A stretch of DNA of 64,000 nt from Eledone cirrhosa. Its lineage: Eukaryota. Made by a program: the position numbers and the translations under genes. Of the stretch, positions 14,796 to 27,300 are shown one piece after another (position 1 is the first letter of the stretch; each line of letters begins with the position of its first letter). The DNA is taken from assembly GCA_964016885.1 (NCBI GenBank), contig OZ024740.1:438154001-438218000 (forward strand). The letters are read 5' to 3'. The notes beneath the pieces were generated by a model. It was not told where the DNA came from. It searched no databases and worked only from the letters and a program-made list of their open reading frames with translations.

Positions 14796-14997
14796 AACGA
14801 GTAGGACCCCGACGGCTGATCTCAAGCCGTTTCGACGGCTAATTCTGGACTAAATGTATTTAGTCCAGAATTAGCCGTCGAAACGGCTTGAGCTCAGCCG
14901 TCGGGTCCTACTCGTTCCTATTACCCACTCTACTACGCTAAGTATTGAGTACATTGGTGCGTTATGGTCCACCTGGTTCCTTGCCACATTTCCTTCG

Positions 14998-14999
<2 letters not shown>
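14792..14999 (+). mobile_element. Fold-back mini-element made of a PLE terminus
   Basis: 14792-14920 is a near-perfect hairpin with ~62-bp arms containing GAAACGGC-TTGAGCTCA-GCCGTC; same family as 7793 and 23058. Confidence 0.7.
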
Positions 15000-15053
<54 letters not shown>

Positions 15054-15159
15054 TACACAATAATCAAAGCTATGTTCAAATGATTTTATTGCTGACAATC
15101 GTTTCTTACACTAGTACTATGGTTGTATATATTGTATACATAACTATAAATAATATTAT

Positions 15160-15197
<38 letters not shown>

Positions 15198-15251
15198 TCC
15201 CATATATATATATATATATACCGCTTAAGGACGCCTTAAGCATCCCACAGC

Positions 15252-16603
<1,352 letters not shown>

Positions 16604-16609
16604 AAGATG

Positions 16610-17746
16610 GCAATATAAGCACCCAGCAGAACCATGTGGAAGGAGATAAGGGGGGACCTAGTGCTCACCCAAGAAATCGACTTCTTCGGGACATGCAGAC
16701 ACCTCTCGGCCAGACCTCCCTCAAGCTATATGTGCAGTAACAACACCATAGGTTGGGAACTCGCCTCAAGCCATGGGGACCCACCCAGGCTGAGCAGACA
16801 CCATAATAGCCTAGAGATTGATTCTGACACAGCCTTTCTAATTTGGCCAACATCTTTATAACACACACACATTTTATTTTATTTGAATCTTAATTTTTTT
16901 ATTTTTCATTTGTTTTCTGTTTTCTTCACTTTATTGCCTTCTATTTCTTCATATGCATGGCACAGCCCCCCCCCCATCACCACCATGAGAAATTGTGGCA
17001 GGATGGATGAAGAAACACACACAGATACTTCTAAATGTCAGCAGCAGCAAGATCTAGTCTGACTGCAGCACCAACACCACTACCAAAATAAGGGTAGAGG
17101 TAAGATGTACTTAACAATAGCAAAAACACTCACTACAGGTAGCCTCACCCCAGAAAGAATTTCTATAGACTTTTGACTGAGGAATGCTCTCACAACTGAC
17201 CAATGGGAGGAGTGACCTTACAAATCTTTCTAACATTGAGATTAGGTATAACACACACACATTTTATTTGATTATCTTATTTTATTTTGTTCTTTTACCA
17301 TCTTATTTCTTCTACCACTTTATCATTTTTTTTAGCTGACTCCAACACCAACACCACTACCAACATAAGAGTAGAGGTCAGATGTACTTAACAATAACAA
17401 GAACAACCACTACAGATTGCCTCGCCTCAGAACGAATTTCGATAAATTTTTTACTGAGGAATGTTCTCACAACTGACCAATGGGAGAAGAGGATGTCCTT
17501 TGACGCTGAAATTCGTTTGTTTAAATTCATATGATTCCAGTTCCTCAGTGAAATAACAACCCAGCCAGGAACTGGGCATATCAGAGTATTGACAAAGTTA
17601 AACACCTCAACAACATGTGTATTCGTCTCTACCACACTAATTCGGACTGCCTGAAGAGGTCACAGCCAAAGATGGCTGTCACCGAAATATATATAGCAGT
17701 AATAAACGAAGCCAAATCTTAAATATTTGACTTATTTAGTTTATTT

Positions 17747-17752
<6 letters not shown>
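16610..17752 (+). mobile_element. PLE 3' fragment: GIY-YIG remnant, internally duplicated 3' UTR, terminal hammerhead
   Basis: LGQTSLKLYVQ*QH resembles YxGQTxxxLxxRxxQH; 17069-17207 is repeated at 17346-17485; HHR at 17646. Confidence 0.6.
17646..17700 (+). ncRNA. Complete type I hammerhead ribozyme
   Basis: ACTGC-CTGAAGA-GGTcACAGCCA/TGGCTGTcACC-GAAA-TATATA-TA-GCAGT; AUA triplet, cleavage predicted after 17695. Confidence 0.8.
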
Positions 17753-17806
<54 letters not shown>

Positions 17807-17904
17807 GGAAAAGAATGAAATGAAATTTCATTTCTCACTCTTAGAACGGGTGATACATAAATGTAAGTATGGTCACGTACATACATATATATATACGTAT
17901 ATAT

Positions 17905-18003
<99 letters not shown>

Positions 18004-18009
18004 TATATG

Positions 18010-18546
18010 GTAAAAGCTACACCAAGAGGATTGCCAAGATGAGGGAGACAAGCTACTGGGAGAGGCTAAAGGAACTGAACCTCTACTCCTTGGAGCGAAG
18101 ACGGGAGAGATACGCAGTGATCTACATGTGGAAAATCCTGGAGGGACTAGCACCAAACTTTGGCATTGGAGCTGGACCAACCGTCGAACAGGGCGTCACT
18201 GTGTGGTGCCAAAGGTCCCGTCTTCCACATCTAGAATAAGGAGCAGGTATTGCAATAGCCTGGGATTCAAGGGCCCTCAACTCTTCAACAGGCTGCCGAG
18301 GGATCTGAGAGATTTGCATGACGTGGAGGTGGATGTCTTCAAGAAACATCTCGACACCTTGTTATCCAGGATCCCGGATGAGCCCACAGCAAGACACGAG
18401 GGAAACCTAAGGGCAGCAGCAACAAACTCCCTCTTACACCAGTGGCCAACCTATACAGGCTGGAGATAAAAATGTGTAGCAACAAGGGCGGTGCTCCAGC
18501 ATGGCCTCAGCCGGATGGCTGAAACAGGTAAAAGAGTAAAAGAGTA
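18010..18546 (+). mobile_element. CR1-group LINE 3' end
   Basis: [36 protein letters not shown]...GPQLFNRLP...FKKHLDTLLSRIPDEP; (GTAAAAGA)2 tail. Confidence 0.85.
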
Positions 18547-18946
18547 TATATATACACCATCTTCACCACTAATTGATTTGACAGATGTCTTTAACCCATT
18601 GGTACCAAATATCATTTGGACAGTAGTTCGTGTTGTATGTGTAATATATATATATGTATGTGTGTGTGTGTCTCTATATGTATGTTTGCATGCATGAATG
18701 AATACACTAAGCTTTAGATTTGGTAGAATGTACAACCACTGATTCCGGGTATTTGCACTATCATATAATATAAGCTTTGCTTAATTGCTTTATCTATTTA
18801 AAAAACAAATTATTCTTTCTCTTAGACTACAGGTATTTTTTGAAAGCTAAACATTGGTCCCTAAAATACTACAGTGGGCCCTGGAATGCTACTGAGGGCC
18901 CCTGCAATGCTACTCTGGGCCCCAGCTGGCAACCTGGCCAGTCCGC

Positions 18947-18996
<50 letters not shown>

Positions 18997-19343
18997 TAAG
19001 AATAATGAGTTCTAAACTCAAGCAGTCCTTTACAATGAAATAGCTCAAAGAAAGAAGTATTTCTGAGCCGTGTAATACAAGTTAATATAAATTAATATAT
19101 ATGATAAAACACAAATGCCAACATATAAGTGTTTGTATTGTAAATGACTAAGTTAGCTAGATTGAAAAATGTTTAGAACTCATTATTCTTAGTATCACTG
19201 CTCCTTATGTAGAGCTAACTTTAACTCCATATAAACGGCTGTTATTTCTAGCAGAACGAGTATGCGGCAGCTAGAAACTGGAAAACCATGTGCATTAAAT
19301 AGTCTTTTAAAATATTTTGAAGTGAAACATACCAATTGTTCAG

Positions 19344-19471
19344 GGTACTTACTGAGGAGAGCTGAACGGGGTATTTTTTCACTTTTTCATCTCGAAACTT
19401 ATTTGGATTTTGAAGTTTAAACTTATCTACGGAACAGGTTTGATTTTGAAATTTAAATTTGTCTAAGTACC
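19344..19471 (+). ncRNA. Complete type I hammerhead ribozyme with long helix III (copy 1)
   Basis: Helix I GGTACTTA/TAAGTACC; CTGAGGA; helix II GAG-TGAA/TTCA-CTC; GAAA; ~25-bp helix III with many G-U pairs; GUC at 19461-19463. Confidence 0.85.
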
Positions 19472-19880
19472 ACGGCCATTTGCCAATATCGTTTGTTTTT
19501 ATTGATTTATTATTTTAGATCGAGACAGGCAAACTGTATTATTATAATTAGTATTTTTCAATCTAGCTAACTTAGTCATTTACAATACAAACACTTATAT
19601 GTTGGTATTTGTGTTTTATCATATATATTAATTTATATTAATTTGTATTACACGGCTCAGAAATACTTCTTTCTTTGAGCTATTTCATTGTAAAGGACTG
19701 CTTGAGTTTAGAAATCATTATTCTTAGTATCACTGCTCCTTATGTAGAGCTAACTTTAGCCCTATATAAACGGCTGTTATTTCTAGCAGAACGAGTATGC
19801 GGCAGCTAGAAACTGGAAAACCATGTGCGTTAAACAGTCTTTTTAAATATTTTGAAGTGAAACATACCAATTGTTCAGGA

Positions 19881-20004
19881 TACTTACTGAGGAGAGCTGA
19901 ACGGGGTATTTTTTCACTTTTTCATCTCGAAACTTATTTGGATTTTGAAGTTTAAACTTATCTACGGAACAGGTGTGATTTTGAAATTTAAATTTGTCTA
20001 AGTA
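19881..20004 (+). ncRNA. Complete type I hammerhead ribozyme with long helix III (copy 2)
   Basis: TACTTA-CTGAGGA...CTC-GAAAC...GTC-TAAGTA; GUC at 19996-19998, 535 nt after copy 1. Confidence 0.82.
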
Positions 20005-20178
20005 CCACGGCCATTTGCCAATATCATTTGTTTTTATTGATTTATTATTTTAGATCGAGACAGGCAAACTGTATTATTATAATTAGTATTTTTCAATCTA
20101 GCTAACTTAGTCATTTACAATACAAACACTCATATGTTGGTATTTGTTTTTTATCATATATATTAATTTATATTAACT

Positions 20179-20258
<80 letters not shown>

Positions 20259-20358
20259 TATTGAAATTTCCGTTGAAAACAGAATAGGTCATAGAAGTGA
20301 AGAGTGCTCTATGGAAGTACCAGAGCAAAATTTAATGTATAAAAATCAATACAATATA

Positions 20359-20436
20359 ATTACCTCATTACCAGAGGTTTCCCGAATGAGGCGAATACGA
20401 AAGAAACGTTTTCATTCGTTCGTCAGACGAGGCAAT
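20359..20436 (-). ncRNA. Complete type I hammerhead ribozyme
   Basis: Helix I ATTGCCTCGT/ATGAGGTAAT; CTGACGA; helix II CGAATGA/TCATTCG; GAAA-CC-TCT-GG-TA (GUA triplet). Confidence 0.8.
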
Positions 20437-21574
20437 ATAAAACATGGCTAAATACTTGGAAAGTCTCATCAAGAAAAGCAAAAAAAATATAGACAAATGA
20501 ATTACAATATGAAATATATAAAAATCTTTCAAGAAATATAGTTAGGTGTGTCTATATGTATGTATATACGCTCACAGATGTGCATATATGTGTATGTACA
20601 AATGTATACGTTTAGTGAAAAAGTGTGCGTAAATATATATTTTAGGGCAAATGTATCTGTGTGTCTGTAAACTACAGACAGACATGATGTGGTTTTCTGT
20701 TCGGCAGGTACACGGAAAAAATAGGGTAATAGAAACATCATAAGAATATGAAGGAACGCGTATAAACACACCCACACACACGTACACTTATATGCGGAAG
20801 TAAAAGAGGTAAGGGAGTGTAGTAATTAAAAGAAAGTATGTTCTCGATATATTTATAAAAATGGAACAATAATTTAGAAAGAAAAAATTAAAGAAAAGAA
20901 GACAAACAAGGTACACGCATACACACACACGTATATCTACAAGAAACGTATATCTATAAGAAATATATATATATACACGCAAAAACGTGCAGACAAAAGC
21001 GTATGCAAGTACATCTACATACACAGGATACACGTAAATACGAATATACGCCTCGCCCCATGTATATCTAATCACGCGCACGCACGCGACTGTATACACA
21101 CTCGCACACACACACACACACAAAACACAAAAATATACATGCTTAAATACACACGCACACTTACACATCCATACATTCGATACGTACACCCCCCCCCCAC
21201 ACACATACTTACACTCATGCATATTGACCTGTTTGCATGCACACGCATAAAAATGAGGATGTAAAAAAGGAAGAAGAAAAAACAAAAACAAAAAAACATA
21301 GATGTAAAAACACGGATATACAGACACATACACGTACACATACATATATATATATATATATATACACGCACGCGCGCGCACATACGTAGGTGCTCGTGTA
21401 CATATATAGAAAGTGTACACACATTAAGGCGTTCAGACACATAGATACAGGGTGTAAAAAATAGAGTACAAATATAAAATTATAAGATTGGCTGCAAAAA
21501 TATAAAAAATAAAAATAAAAAATATCTGGAGTGGAAAACGCAAGGGGGGGGGGGTTATTGGTGGATGTGAAGTA

Positions 21575-21770
21575 AAAATAAAAAAAATAAAAATAAAAAA
21601 AAAAATAAAAATAAAAAAAAAAAATAAATAAAAATAAATAAATAAATAAATAAAAATAAAAATAAAAATAAAAATAAAAATAAAAATAAAAATAAAAATA
21701 AAAATAAAAATAAAAATAAAAATAAAAATAAAAATAAAGATAAAAATAAAAATAAAAATAAAAATAAAAA
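21575..21770. repeat. (TAAAAA)n A-rich simple repeat
   Basis: Directly visible. Confidence 0.9.
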
Positions 21771-22533
21771 TGAAATTAATAATAAGGATAAAAATGAAAG
21801 TAAATCAGAGATGGTAGTTATAAAGAGAATAATAAGAGTTTATGGAGGATAAGTATCTGAAAGTGTGTTAAGTTTATATGAGCTGGAAAGCAGGTGTGAT
21901 TTCATGTGTGTGCAACTGGAGAAAATTTCCGTCTTTGTGTTCAGGCAGTTCTTTGGTGATTTAAGATTTTGCAAGATCCAATATTTTCATTTATGCAGAG
22001 CGTGCATTTTCTTGTTCCTCTTGCATATTCTTTAGATTGGTTCAAAATTGACCAATCCAATTTATATTGGATACCTTGGTCTTTCAAATCCCAAATTCTG
22101 CTAGCCAGAGCTGTTGTAAATCTTTTTTCTGGATGTCGAAAGGATGCGACATGTGAGTAATAACGCGTTTTGAATTTGTCTTGCGTCATACCCCCATATC
22201 GTTCACTGGTGGCTGGATGGTTGTTGCTGATGGTTGTCACTTTAGCCGCATATACAATGGCTTTGGTATTATTGTTTCCGTGTACCTGCCAAACAGAAAA
22301 CCACATCATGCCTGTCTGTAGTTTACAGACACACAGATACATTTGCCCTAAAATATATATTTACGCACACTTTTTCACTATACGTATACATTTGTATATA
22401 CACATATATGCACATCTCGGCCAGACCTCCCTCAAGCTATATGTGCAGTAACGAATGAAGACGTTTCTTTCGTATTCGACTCATTCGGGAAACCTCTGGT
22501 AATGAGGTAATTATATTGTATTGATTTTTATAC

Positions 22534-22589
<56 letters not shown>

Positions 22590-22593
<4 letters not shown>

Positions 22594-23013
22594 TTATTTG
22601 TTTGTTAAATTAATCAAATTAAATTAAATCAGCAGTTAAACACACATAGGAATAATACGGTTGTTTCCAAAGAGCCAGAAGATTGACAAGTCGACCCTAA
22701 ATAGGGCTAATAGCACTAGGAAAGCTATGAACGACATCTTTTTAACTTTGATTTTGAAAGTAGGTTTATAATTACTAATTTTCAGTACACTTTCATAGTT
22801 GTCTCGGCGGCCTAGCTGGAGGAGCCACATTCGGCGGTGATCTTGGTCTGAAGTTCGATGCTGGTCGGGAGTAGGGTTCGGTAAACATTTTAAATTTTTT
22901 TCCATGCGATGTAAAATCAAAACTGAAAAAATTACATGTACTTCTTGACCCGGATTGAACCCAAGCCCAGGAACTACACTACCTTTAGTACCTACCACCA
23001 GGCCACAGAGGCT
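22590..23013 (-). mobile_element. Putative tRNA-derived SINE
   Basis: Head 23013-22940 has A-box TGGCCTGGTGG and B-box GGTTCAATCC; the body ends in (TA)n. Confidence 0.5.
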
Positions 23014-23057
23014 ACTACGTAACTCATAGGAAATTCATACTTATAAACCTTTAGACG

Positions 23058-23240
23058 CCCGACGGCTAAGCTCCGGCCGTTTCAATAGCTAGATCCGAAC
23101 GGTTCGGATATAATTAGCTGTTGAAACGGCAGGAGCTCAGCCGTCGGGATCCTGAATGTTTTCATACTACCCACTCTACCACCCAAAGTATCGAGTACTC
23201 TGGTGAGTAATGCTCTAACTGGTTTTTACCACCTCCAATG
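23058..23240 (+). mobile_element. Fold-back mini-element of the PLE-terminus family seen at 14792
   Basis: Hairpin 23058-23148 followed by a tail (TACCCACTCTAC...AAGTAT.GAGTAC) shared with 14922-14952. Confidence 0.65.
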
Positions 23241-23423
23241 TGATATCAAATCGAACATTATTATTAATGTTCGATATAACCCTTACGTACATATGTATAT
23301 GTATATATATGTGTGTACGTGGGAATACTTGCATATATATATTCACTCTCATCCGGGAACAGTTTTGTATGGCGCCAGTTTGTGATTTGAACTCGGGAAT
23401 TTTATATTCCCCGAGCTAGAAGA

Positions 23424-23507
23424 ACCTTCTGACGAGAGTCCCCTTCTCAATGGAGGTCCGCCTGGATTATCCATTAATTTTGGGACTTGAAACCGCGCGG
23501 TAAAGGT
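23424..23507 (+). ncRNA. Complete type I hammerhead ribozyme
   Basis: ACCTT-CTGACGA-GAGTCCC...GGGACTT-GAAA-CCGCGCGG-TA-AAGGT; palindromic helix III, GUA triplet, cleavage predicted after 23502. Confidence 0.85.
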
Positions 23508-23575
23508 ACATATAGTAAGTACAGCGAACTTTTTAAAATTTATTTTAAAACTTCTTCTCTATTTGCTAAACCTTG

Positions 23576-23610
<35 letters not shown>

Positions 23611-23616
<6 letters not shown>

Positions 23617-24309
23617 ATACATTGGGAGGGTCATGTTGCCAATAAGAAACACACGCACCAGTTGCTTTCACTCCAATAAACGAATACATTTTTTCAAGAA
23701 TTATTGGCAACATGACCCTCCAAAAGCATAACAATATCGGTTTCAACACACGTTTTTAGTTAAAGAATCTTGCTAAACAAATTCAGAAACGATATATCTA
23801 TATTGGTAAAAGGAAAAGAAAATGCTGACAAACTGTTCCCAGTGAAAAATAGTTTAATTAGGAATAAGTAAAAATTAGTAATAGTATTGGTTAGTATTCA
23901 GTTTTGGTTTTAAGTTTTACCGGTTGCGCATTTCTAATGCTTTTCAAAAAAAATTTTGAGATAGAGCGCCCGTGATGTTTGCTCTAATCTGATTAGTTTT
24001 GGAAAATCTACCTGTTTTATGTAAAAAAAAGTGACTCCAGATGTATGAAATAATTATTGTGGTCAAAACAATTTTGATTGGTCGGTAGAGGTCATGTGAA
24101 TGTTAAAAATTGATTTTGCGCCAAATGTAGGTTTGTCTCGGCTGATTGAGAAGTCACTGAAAAATAAGTCTTTCAAGACAAATATGTGTGTGTGTGTGTG
24201 TGTGTGTGTGTAGTAGTAGTAGTAGTAAAGAGGTTCGTTATTGTGATAATGGTCAGCAGGGATGTGTGTGCGAACCGCAGCCTGCTGACAGTTCAAATGC
24301 CTATTAAGA

Positions 24310-24340
<31 letters not shown>

Positions 24341-27300
24341 AGCAGAGTAATTCGTGGTAGACGGATGGTCAGTATGAATGTGTCTGTACGTGTGTGGGGG
24401 ATATTTTAACATGTTAAAAGATATTTTTCAGCTATTATCTTATACGGAGAAGTGTGTGTGTGTGTGTGTGGGGGGGTGTGTATGTCTCTTTGTATGTTAA
24501 TGTACGCGTGTGTATGTGTGTGTGTATATATATGTGTGTGTGTGTGTGTGGGTGGGCCAGTATTTTTGTGATACTGGTAAAAATGGTGTACATTATTTGA
24601 TATTTTCAGTAAAAACGATTCTCTCAATAGAACATCAAAAACCTTAATAATAAAAGGTGTGAAATGATATATAGTATTGGCATAAGACCAAGGTGTGTGT
24701 GAGTGTCCACATTGTACGTACTACAAGGGGAATCCATTAGGCCTTGCCGTATTGGAATACTTGTGTACAAATATGTATGTGCCCATCAGTGTGCAATGCA
24801 TGTGTGCGTATATGTATGTGTGTGTGTCGGGACGTTTATATCTATAGACATCAAAAGGTATGCAAATTTGTGTATATTTGTGTTGCACCATAGAACATGT
24901 GTGTTTACGTATGTCATTGTATTTATATGTGGATAGAGATGTATGCTGATGTAGGTATGTATGTTGACGTGTGTATGTTGTGGGTTCGTCTTAGGAAGAA
25001 GTGTTTAGACAGGGTCCGTATTTGTTAATAAAGTGAGATTCCTCTCTGATGCGCTGGGTGTGGGTGGCATTATCTTTAAATTTGTAGAAGGGAAAGATTC
25101 TGAAGTTGGGATGATTTTGGGCGGCACAAGTATCAATGTGTTTCACTCAGTGGTATTTTTCTGTATTCTCGTATTTTAATTTGGGATCTATGGACAGTCA
25201 TGCGTTGGCGGAGGCTGCATTTGGTCTGGCCTATGTATTGTTCTCGACAACCTGTACAAGTTAATACATATATTAGATTTTCTGATGCGCATGTGAAATT
25301 GTGTTTTACTATAAAACGCTGTCCTTCTTTGAAATAGAATTCCGAACCCTCTATTAGGTTGATGCATATGCCACAGTTGGGTCTATCGAATTTTTTTACT
25401 GTGGGTTTCGTTGTTGTGGTTGGCAGTACTTTGGCATGTGTTAGGATGTTTTTCAATGACTTAGATTGTCTTTTGCTCTTTATGATATCGTGTGTTCGTA
25501 GGATTTGGTTCATTCTATGGTCCTTTTTCAACACAGGGATGTTCTGGAGGATTGTGTCAAAGGCCTCATTGTTGAGGGGGTTGTGTGTGGAGATGTATGG
25601 AAAAGCTTTTATTTTCGGTTGATTTACTTTAGGGAGTCTAAGGTCCTGGGTACTGAGTTTTAGGGCACGTTGGATTCCATTGTCAATTAGTGATGCAGGG
25701 TAGTCCCTGCCTATGAGTGTGTCCTTTAGTTCTTGTAGCCGTAAGTAACAGGTATTTTTATTGGAGACTATAGTACAGATTCTCTTGGCTAAGTTGTAGG
25801 GAATATTAATTTTAACGTGTCTAGGGTGGCAAGAGTTGAAAGGGAGATATTGCTTGGAGTCTGTGGGCTTGTAGTATATGTTTGTTTCTATTTTTTGTTA
25901 TGAATCTTAATGAGGATGTCGAGGAAGGGGAGTTGTTGATGGCTGTATTCCATCGTCAAGTTAATATTCGTGTTGAGCCCATTTATAAGGGTGTGAAATT
26001 CTTTAAGTTTCTCGATGTTTTCGTGCCAAAGGATGAAGCAGTCATCTAGATATCGCTTCCAGTTCCTTTCTATGTGTAAGTGGAGAGTGTTTCCAAATGT
26101 GTTTAGTACTTTAGTGTAGAGGGTGATTTCCAGGTATCCCATTACTAGTTTGGCATAAGTGGGGGCTGTTTTCGTTCACATAGCGGTCCCAGATTTCTGC
26201 CTGTAGGGTTTGTTATTGAAAACGAAGTAGTTGTTCTCCAAGATAAATTTGTGTCCCTCTATCACGAATTCTTTTTTGATGAGTTGTGGGAGTTCATTGT
26301 GGTAATTATCCAGCCAGAATTGGATAGCTTCTATTCCTAGGTTGTGGGGGATGTTGGAGTATAGGTTGACTACATCGAAAGTCACTAGTAAGGTTTGTTC
26401 AGAAAGGGGCATATTAGGGAGGTGATTGAGCATATCTAGGTCGTCCCTTAAATAGCTTTTGATGTGTTTGAGGAAAGGCTTGAGAAGGGTATCAATGAAG
26501 TTGCTAAGGCGGTGGGTTTCGCAGGCGGGGCCTGCTATTATAGGTCTTAATTTGAGATCATTGGGTGAGGGGACATTGATGACTATGTCTGTGGCTTCCT
26601 TGCAGTCCTTACTTATTAATTCGCTTTTATGTACTTTAGGGATACCGTAGAAAAGGCTGGATTTACTTGTGAAGTCTGTGATGAAGCTGAATTCCTTGAT
26701 AGTGAGTCCTTCTTCGTATTGGTTGATCAGAGTTTTTAGGTTTCTCATAATTTTCTGTAGTATGTTTCGTTTTCCAACGTGGAGAGCGCTACGTTGATAT
26801 AGAATTCTGTCTCCATTAGGACTACTGTACTCCCTTTATCAGCCATCTTTAATTGTAATGGTTCTGTCGGTTTTTAATCTATTTAATTCTTCCCATTCTT
26901 TCTTGTTGAGGTTTGGCTTGTGTTTTTGTCTGTGCAAGTGTTGGTAAGGGAAGTTTGTAATGTGTTCGCAGAATTCGTCCAGGATTTTATTTCTACCTTT
27001 TGATGGCTAATGATTCATCCTCATTGTACTGGTCGAATAGTTCTTCACTGAGTTGTAACTTTCTACAGAAGTCTGTGATGACTTCCTTCATTTCATAGTA
27101 GTTAGGACGTAGTGGGATCGGTGTGAATTGAAGACCTTTGGAGAGTAAGTTGATAAGGTTGGGTGTTGGTTCTGTACTAGTTAGATTGATAATTTTTATT
27201 ACTCTCGGTTTCTCCTCCCTGTCTTGTGTTATTTTGTTTGCCTGTATCTGTGTGCTGTGTCTAAAAAATGGTTGGGGTAGAGGATTTGTCTGCTGATGTA

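Larger units (their letters stand above)
18993..20183 (+). mobile_element. Non-coding retrozyme-like element: about 1.9 tandem copies of a 535-bp unit with a 5' inverted partial copy, inside (TA)n
   Basis: 19171-19648 repeats at 19706-20183; 18993-19170 is the reverse complement of about 19553-19730; one HHR per unit. Confidence 0.8.
20257..22537 (-). mobile_element. 5'-truncated Naiad-like PLE (GIY-YIG, long microsatellite-rich 3' UTR, HHR) with inverted 5' pieces
   Basis: IVYAAKV...YGGMTQDKFKTRYYSHVASFR...TALASRIWDLKD...CTLCINE; 22276-22416 is the reverse complement of 20576-20717 and 22451-22536 of about 20335-20419. Confidence 0.85.

Noticed and set aside
18870-18950. hAT-like MITE ending CCAGTCCGCCACT
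   Set aside because: Only one plausible terminus is visible; no partner TIR or TSD found
22940-23013. Functional tRNA gene
   Set aside because: A and B boxes are present but I could not build a convincing cloverleaf; better explained as a SINE head
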